Positions 1-3,524 of a stretch of 5,596 nucleotides of DNA are shown in pieces. The notes under the pieces were generated by a model. The model did not search any database and was not told where the DNA came from. It saw only the letters and a list, made by a program, of their open reading frames with translations. Both the position numbers and the translations under genes were made by a program. Source of the DNA: a plasmid; sequence record NZ_CP087668.1, one strand, 5' to 3'. How positions within the stretch are numbered: position 1 is the first letter of the stretch; each line of letters opens with the position of its first letter.

Positions 1-225
1 ATGCTTGCTATCCGGTTATCTGATGAGATTGAGTCCCGTCTGGACTCGCTGGCGAAGCAAACCGGCAGAACAAAGACGTTTTATGCGCGGGAAGCAATAC
101 TGGCGCATCTGGAAGACCTGGAGGATTATTATCTTTCAGCAGAAACTGCTGCACGCGTTCGCCGTGGTGATGAAGCAGTGCATTCGTCTGAAGACGTGAG
201 GAAGTCACTTGGTCTGGACGATTAA
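1..225 (+). CDS. Ribbon-helix-helix antitoxin, ParD/RelB-like (74 aa). It may be complete, since the ATG is at position 1, but the window edge could truncate the true 5' end.
   Basis: Open frame 1-225 with a TAA stop at 223-225. The N-terminus MLAIRLSDEIESRLDSLAKQTGRTKTFYAREAILAHL fits an RHH fold: a beta strand of alternating hydrophobic residues followed by two helices. The acidic C-terminal tail is typical of a toxin-binding domain. It sits immediately upstream of, and overlaps, a RelE/ParE-like ORF, which is the classic type II TA arrangement. Confidence 0.7.
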   Translation: MLAIRLSDEIESRLDSLAKQTGRTKTFYAREAILAHLEDLEDYYLSAETAARVRRGDEAVHSSEDVRKSLGLDD

Positions 226-475
226 CTATTCCGATCGGGCGCTCAAATCGTTACGCAAGATGGACAAACAGAACGCACGACGGATTGTGGATTTTATGAG
301 TTTACGCATTGCAGTTGCTGCCGATCCTCGCCAGTCAGGGAAGCCGCTCAAAGGTGAGCTGGGCGAGTTCTGGCGCTATCGGGTGGGAGATTATCGCGTT
401 CTGTGTGAGATCCGAGATGACGAGCTTGTTATCCTTGCCGCCACGATTGGACATCGCCGCGAAGTTTACGACTGA
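209..475 (+). CDS. RelE/ParE-family type II toxin (88 aa), probably started at TTG 209
   Basis: The protein VWTINYSDRALKSLRKMDKQNARRIVDFM...LKGELGEFWRYRVGDYRVLCEIRDDELVILAATIGHRREVY has the RelE/ParE N-terminal pattern (W-x-I-x-Y-S-x-x-A-x-K-x-L-x-K-x-D) and the C-terminal YR(V/I)xY...I(L)xIxHR motif. The only start that keeps the conserved N-terminus is TTG at 209-211. It is preceded by a GAGGA Shine-Dalgarno at 198-202 with a 6-nt spacer, and it overlaps the antitoxin stop by 17 nt. The stop is TGA at 473-475. Confidence 0.72.
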   Translation: MVWTINYSDRALKSLRKMDKQNARRIVDFMSLRIAVAADPRQSGKPLKGELGEFWRYRVGDYRVLCEIRDDELVILAATIGHRREVYD

Positions 476-498
476 AGCCCGCTATGCGGGCTTTTTTG
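476..498 (+). terminator. Rho-independent terminator of the TA operon
   Basis: AGCCCGC (476-482), loop TAT, GCGGGCT (486-492), then a T6 run at 492-497, directly after the toxin stop. On the - strand there is no U-run after the hairpin, so it is unidirectional. Confidence 0.6.
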
Positions 499-525
499 AT
501 GCCGACAACAGGTATTATGGTAAAT
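498..525 (+). other. Candidate XerC/XerD recombination core (cer/psi-like) with a 6-bp central region
   Basis: TTATGGTAAAT at 515-525 is an 11/11 match to the XerD-binding arm of ColE1 cer. The central region is CAGGTA (509-514). The left arm GATGCCGACAA (498-508) matches the XerC-arm consensus GGTGCGTACAA at 8 of 11 positions. No ArgR-box-like accessory sequence was seen in the roughly 180 bp on the XerC side, which is occupied by the toxin gene. Confidence 0.45.
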
Positions 526-544
526 ACTCGACTAACTACGTGTT

Positions 545-940
545 CTACTGTTTGTCGGTTTTAGTTAACCAGCAGGTTGTCTTAACGATAATGTAGCCGT
601 TATTTTTAACTAATAAGGTCATATTGTTAACGTCAGGCATAATAAAAGACATTATGGCCTCAGAGTTATCATCAGAAGCAGCTCTCTGCATTACTACTTC
701 GATTCCCTTTTCTTTGAATCTATAAGTATCCAGTTGCCTATTAAACTTAGAAAGACCTACAACCATACTTAGTTTGTTATCTTTAACAGTAAGAGATGCT
801 TCCTGAGTACCATTACATCGGTAGTAAGCGGTGTAACCGTCAGCAAAAGATCGACCGGGGAATATAAATGCTAGGAACGCAATTAACCAATACATAGTTG
901 AGAATCTTGGTATTACACATTTCACTATCCTCTCTTTCAT
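545..940 (-). CDS. Exported small protein (131 aa) with a cleavable signal peptide and two Cys in the mature part. It is possibly an MliC/PliC-like periplasmic beta-barrel; that assignment is speculative.
   Basis: The ATG is at 938-940 on the - strand with a weak GGTGA Shine-Dalgarno upstream. The N-terminus MKERIVKCVIPRFST-MYWLIAFLAFIF-PGRSFA|DGY is a positively charged n-region, a hydrophobic core and an A-x-A-like cleavage site, with no lipobox Cys. The mature protein has Cys in YYRC near its N-terminus and in TTCWL near its C-terminus, consistent with one disulfide. It lies 20 nt downstream of the previous gene within the AT-rich operon. Confidence 0.6.
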   Translation of the reverse strand: MKERIVKCVIPRFSTMYWLIAFLAFIFPGRSFADGYTAYYRCNGTQEASLTVKDNKLSMVVGLSKFNRQLDTYRFKEKGIEVVMQRAASDDNSEAIMSFIMPDVNNMTLLVKNNGYIIVKTTCWLTKTDKQ

Positions 941-960
941 TTTTCGTTCACCATACTTTG

Positions 961-1506
961 TTATCTGATTTTTAATTTTTCTATTTTATAAACCAAGTCT
1001 CTACCAAAAAGGCGAAAATTATCCTCAAATAATAATAATTGTTTAAGAACATCCATGAAAGCAGCTGCTTCACCCTCAGTTATGGGAGCTACTCTATATA
1101 ACATATAACCTGAGTTAAGGGTTTCTTTTATACTTTCTTCAATGCTCATTATAAATATTAGTGGATTATCATTTTTCTTCCCCCATGGGTTTCTAATTAA
1201 TCCTTCGATGTACTCAGGTCCTTTGCGTCCTATTGCCTGCGCAATATTTTTTATTTCATCTGCGTGAGGGCTTTGTTGTACAGCTTTGTTTATGCCTGCT
1301 TGAGTGATTTTCAGAGACTCTACACCGTGTATGTTGTATGAGATAAAATGTAATAAATTAAGATGCAATGCAATTAATCCATTTTTGTTTACATCTGAGT
1401 ATTTGGATAAAAAACGTAATGAAGTGTTAACTCTCCCTTGAAGCCTAACAATTGGGAGTGCTGCCTTGTATATTTCCTTCTCCGTTAAATACCGTTTAAA
1501 AAACAT
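961..1506 (-). CDS. Hypothetical cytoplasmic protein (181 aa), the central gene of the AT-rich cargo operon. It is a candidate toxin or effector partner of the upstream RHH protein.
   Basis: Complete ORF with its ATG at 1504-1506 on the - strand and a GGAGGCGGAG Shine-Dalgarno about 5 nt upstream. The stop is TAA at 961-963. There is no transmembrane segment or signal peptide. I see no Walker A, HEPN Rx4-6H, Fic or nucleotidyltransferase motif. The A+T-rich codon usage matches its two neighbours. Confidence 0.65.
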   Translation of the reverse strand: MFFKRYLTEKEIYKAALPIVRLQGRVNTSLRFLSKYSDVNKNGLIALHLNLLHFISYNIHGVESLKITQAGINKAVQQSPHADEIKNIAQAIGRKGPEYIEGLIRNPWGKKNDNPLIFIMSIEESIKETLNSGYMLYRVAPITEGEAAAFMDVLKQLLLFEDNFRLFGRDLVYKIEKLKIR

Positions 1507-1531
1507 AATTCTCCGCCTCCGTATAGCGTGC

Positions 1532-1858
1532 CTATTTTATTTCGTCGTAAAACTTAGCTCTGAAATATTCCTTTAGAACCATCATGTCATTAATAATTGA
1601 ATCTATCTCATCCATTTTTTCTTGGTATTCTTTTAATGGTGAAGGGAGCGGTAACTCAATATTTGAAAAGTGATTGGCGAGATAGGGATCAAGGTTTCTC
1701 ATCCATTCAGGCTTTTCGCCAATGCGTTCTTCAACTGAAAGTGAACCTGATAATCTCTGGTTAATAAGATCACTTAGACTCATTTTGGTTTTATTCGAAA
1801 GCCGTTGTAAGGATTGCTTTAATCCTATATCTAGCATGATATTTGTTCTTTCTCTCAT
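1532..1858 (-). CDS. Ribbon-helix-helix (ParD/CopG-like) DNA-binding protein (108 aa), the first gene of the AT-rich operon. It is a candidate antitoxin or autoregulator.
   Basis: The N-terminus MLDIGLKQSLQRLSNKTKMSLSDLINQRL closely parallels the RK2 ParD RHH pattern LTIDMTDQQHQSLKALAALQGKTIKQYALERL. The ATG is at 1856-1858 on the - strand with AAGGGGGGG just upstream. An alternative ATG lies 7 codons in. The gene ends 25 nt before the next one. The C-terminal half is acidic and helical, as expected for a partner-binding domain. Confidence 0.65.
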   Translation of the reverse strand: MRERTNIMLDIGLKQSLQRLSNKTKMSLSDLINQRLSGSLSVEERIGEKPEWMRNLDPYLANHFSNIELPLPSPLKEYQEKMDEIDSIINDMMVLKEYFRAKFYDEIK

Positions 1859-1935
1859 TACCCCCCCTTGCTATTGCGTTTTTTGTTGCGCACAAAGCTA
1901 CCATTGCGCATTAAGAAACGCAATAAAAAAGGAGG
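1859..1935 (-). promoter_or_regulatory. Putative sigma70 promoter plus operator repeats for the AT-rich operon
   Basis: Read on the - strand: TTGCGT, 17 nt, TAGCTT, about 35 nt, then ATG. The region carries ATTGCG at 1874-1879, CGCAAT at 1919-1924 as an inverted pair, and two copies of the palindrome TGCGCA at 1888-1893 and 1906-1911. These overlap the -35/-10 and are typical of RHH-repressor operators. Confidence 0.4.
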
Positions 1936-2052
1936 GAGGGAGTGGTTTGTACATGATGTGCAGTGCGCTGAGGGCATCAGTGGCGGGTGTTTTTCCGTGG
2001 GATGGATGGAGCTCCGGGGATAACAGAACTGACGATCATTTAAAGGATCTTC

Positions 2053-2079
2053 TTGAGATCCTTTTTTTCTGCGCGTAAT
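2053..2079 (+). promoter_or_regulatory. RNAII (preprimer) promoter of the ColE1-type origin
   Basis: TTGAGA at 2053-2058 and CGTAAT at 2074-2079. The context gatcttcttgagatcctttttttctgcgcgtaatct is nearly identical to the pMB1/ColE1 RNAII promoter. Confidence 0.65.
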
Positions 2080-2091
2080 CTCTTGCACTGT

Positions 2092-2197
2092 AAACGAAAA
2101 AACCGCCTGGGGAGGCGGTTTGATCGAAGGTTAAGTCAGTTGGGGAACTGCTTAACCGGGTAACTGGGTATACGAGACCGCAGATACCAAAACTGTT
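2092..2197 (-). ncRNA. RNAI, the antisense copy-number-control RNA (about 105 nt)
   Basis: The - strand start acagttttggtatctgcg parallels pMB1 RNAI acagtatttggtatctgcg. The 3' end is a hairpin CCGCCT-CCCC-AGGCGG (2103-2118 on the + strand) followed by a U6 run. The whole RNA is complementary to the 5' end of RNAII. Confidence 0.75.
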
Positions 2198-2202
2198 CTT
2201 TC

Positions 2203-2232
2203 AGTGTAGCCGCAGTTAGGCACCCACTTCAA
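2203..2232 (-). promoter_or_regulatory. RNAI promoter
   Basis: On the - strand: TTGAAG (+ strand 2227-2232), an 18-nt spacer, TACACT (+ strand 2203-2208), and the start about 7 nt further on at 2197. The layout matches the pMB1 RNAI promoter. Confidence 0.6.
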
Positions 2233-2799
2233 GACCTCTCAATATCTCTCTCGTATATATCCAGTTACCAATGGCTGCTGCCAGTGGCGTTTTTGCGTGT
2301 CCGTCCGGGTTGGACTCAAGATGATAGTTACCGGAAAGGGCGCAGCAGTCGGGCTGAACGGGGGGTTCGTGCATACAGCCCAGCTTGGAGCGAACGACCT
2401 AAACCGAGCCGAGATACCAGCAGCGTGAGCTATGAGAAAGCGCCACGCTTCCCGAAAGGGAAAAAGGCGGAACAGGTATCCGGTAAACGGCAGGGTCGGA
2501 ACAGGAGAGCGCACGAGGGAGCCGCCGGAGAGAAATCACCGGCATCTTTAAGTCCTGTCGGGTTTCGTCCTCCTCTGACTTGAGCGTCCATTTCTGTGAT
2601 GCTCGTCAGGGGAGGCGGAGCCTATGGAAAAACGGCAACGCCGCATCCTTTTCTCCGGCCCTTTCTGATTTGAGCGCCTTTGCTTTATCCCGTTATCCGT
2701 GAGTCGGTCACGCCCGCCGCAGCCGAACGGCAGGAGCGCAGCTACCGAGTGAGCGAGGAGGCGTCATTTCATCTGTCCGTGCATGGTATTGCGGACGCT

Positions 2800-2960
2800 C
2801 CTGAGCCACATATCACACCTGCCACATGAGGCACTTTCATGAATCGTGCTCTCATGCCAACATAGTAAGCCAGTATACACAGCGTAAACGCTGTGACTGG
2901 TTCAGGGCTGCGCCCCGAAACCCGCTAACACCACTGACGCGCTGGCGCTTGTCCAACGCC
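2800..2960 (-). other. oriT / bom with the nic region (the - strand is nicked)
   Basis: The - strand reads CCAGTCACAGCGTTTACGCTGTGTATACTGGCTTACTATGTTGGCA. The stretch GTATACTGGCTTACTATGTTGGCA (+ strand coordinates 2855-2878) is identical to the ColE1/p15A nic-site sequence. A perfect 18-bp palindrome, CACAGCGTAAACGCTGTG at 2878-2895, sits next to it. The region lies immediately upstream of the mob operon, as in ColE1. Confidence 0.7.
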
Positions 2961-3013
2961 GGAGCGACCCGGAAAACTTTTCCGTGCCGTCCGGCGTTTG
3001 CGAAGGAGGGATA

Positions 3014-3190
3014 ATGCAGAAGCCGAAGAAGAAGCCGCTCGTCGTAAAAAAAAGATCCTGGCATCCGGCAGTGATGGCAAATCTGATGCGTCAGGCACAG
3101 GAGGAAGATTACCGCCGGGAGCAGATGGCAGAGCTTGAGCGTTCAGCCCGGTCACATTTTGCGGATATCGGAGGAGAGGATGGCGGTTAA
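3014..3190 (+). CDS. Small basic ORF (58 aa) upstream of mbeC and translationally coupled to it. It is hypothetical.
   Basis: An AAGGAGGG Shine-Dalgarno lies 5 nt before the ATG at 3014. The protein MQKPKKKPLVVKKRSW... has a Lys-rich N-terminus and an acidic C-terminus. Its TAA stop at 3188-3190 overlaps the mbeC ATG at 3180. Confidence 0.4.
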   Translation: MQKPKKKPLVVKKRSWHPAVMANLMRQAQEEDYRREQMAELERSARSHFADIGGEDGG

Positions 3191-3524
3191 GCGTACCCGT
3201 TTTTTAGGTATCCGGGTGACCGATGGGGAGTACCAGCAGCTGCTGGAGCGCTGCAATGGAAGGCAACTGGCGGTGTGGATGCGGGAAACCTGTCTCGATA
3301 CGCGCCCGGCGCGGTCGTTGCGGCTGCCGTCCATCGATCCGGTTTTGCTGCGCCAGCTTGCCGGGATGGGGAACAACCTCAACCAGATCGCCCGGAAAAT
3401 TAACGGCGGCCAGTGGTCAGGCGCTGACCGGGTTCAGGTGGTGGCCGCGCTGATGGCCATTGATGCCGAACTCGAGCGGCTGCGGCATGCCGTGCTGGAA
3501 AAGGGGGCAGACGATGATCGTTAA
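3180..3524 (+). CDS. mbeC: MobC/MbeC-family relaxosome accessory protein (114 aa)
   Basis: The ATG at 3180 is directly preceded by GGAGGAGAGG. It carries the hallmark MobC-family motif LRQLAGMGNNLNQIARKIN and an N-terminal RHH-like segment KRTRFLGIRVTDGEYQQLLERC. The length matches ColE1 MbeC at about 115 aa. The stop at 3522-3524 overlaps the mbeA start. Confidence 0.85.
   Translation: MAVKRTRFLGIRVTDGEYQQLLERCNGRQLAVWMRETCLDTRPARSLRLPSIDPVLLRQLAGMGNNLNQIARKINGGQWSGADRVQVVAALMAIDAELERLRHAVLEKGADDDR

Larger units (their letters stand above)
2090..2650 (+). ncRNA. RNAII preprimer transcript (about 555 nt) ending at the RNA/DNA switch
   Basis: From 2200 to 2640 the sequence is near-identical to the pMB1/ColE1 RNAII body, including ccagtggc...gggttggactcaagacgatagttaccgga...gggggttcgtgcacacagcccagcttggagcgaacgacct...gagcgtc.atttctgtgatgctcgtcagggg.gcggagcctatggaaaaacg. 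The switch region aacggcaacgccgcatcctttt lies at about 2633-2655. Confidence 0.7.
2040..2660 (+). other. ColE1-family origin of vegetative replication (oriV). No rom/rop gene follows it.
   Basis: It contains the RNAII promoter, RNAI and the conserved RNAII/ori core described above. Downstream, 2660-2800 resembles the pBR322 region carrying the primosome assembly signals (ccgccgcagccgaacg...gagcgcagc...agtgagcgaggaag). Only about 200 bp separate the origin from bom, and no 63-codon Rom ORF is present. Confidence 0.85.

Noticed and set aside
309-596. 95-aa + strand ORF overlapping the parE-like gene in another frame and running through the terminator
   Set aside because: It has no ribosome-binding site. 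It lies wholly inside a better-supported gene plus terminator and Xer-like core. The sequence looks random.
961-1506. HFISY in the 181-aa protein resembling the TIR-domain beta-A motif (hhhSY/H)
   Set aside because: The motif is 55 residues from the N-terminus. The downstream TIR landmarks are not convincingly present: the BB-loop is missing, and the S-x-W-x-x-E-L catalytic Glu context is only vaguely echoed by LIFIMSIEESIKE. This is too weak to call a TIR. It is kept only as a hypothesis for a structure-based search.
1885-1913. TGCGCA-containing sequences resembling XerC arms (gTTGCGCAcAA is 9/11 to the dif XerC arm), considered as a second Xer site bounding the AT-rich island
   Set aside because: No XerD-arm-like sequence follows at a 6-8 bp spacing. 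The motifs are better explained as operator palindromes in the cargo promoter.
1722-2088. ORFs 1722..2078 (+) and 1858..2088 (-) spanning the cargo promoter and the RNAII promoter. Within the former is a 42-codon sub-ORF from ATG 1953 preceded by AAGGAGGGAGGGAG.
   Set aside because: They cross regulatory DNA: the operator repeats, the RNAII -35/-10 and the RNAI terminator. The purine-rich run is more likely a promoter-upstream element of the divergent cargo promoter than a Shine-Dalgarno. Conservation was not tested, so the 42-codon sub-ORF is not completely excluded.
2239-2583. ORFs 2239..2514 (-) and 2284..2583 (+) inside oriV
   Set aside because: They lie within the highly conserved noncoding RNAII preprimer region of ColE1-type origins and are not protein-coding.
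2826-3155. ORFs 2826..3014 (+), 2852..3064 (-) and 2925..3155 (-) across the bom/oriT region
   Set aside because: They overlap the nic site and palindrome, have no ribosome-binding sites, and the - strand ones are antisense to the strongly supported small ORF and mbeC start.
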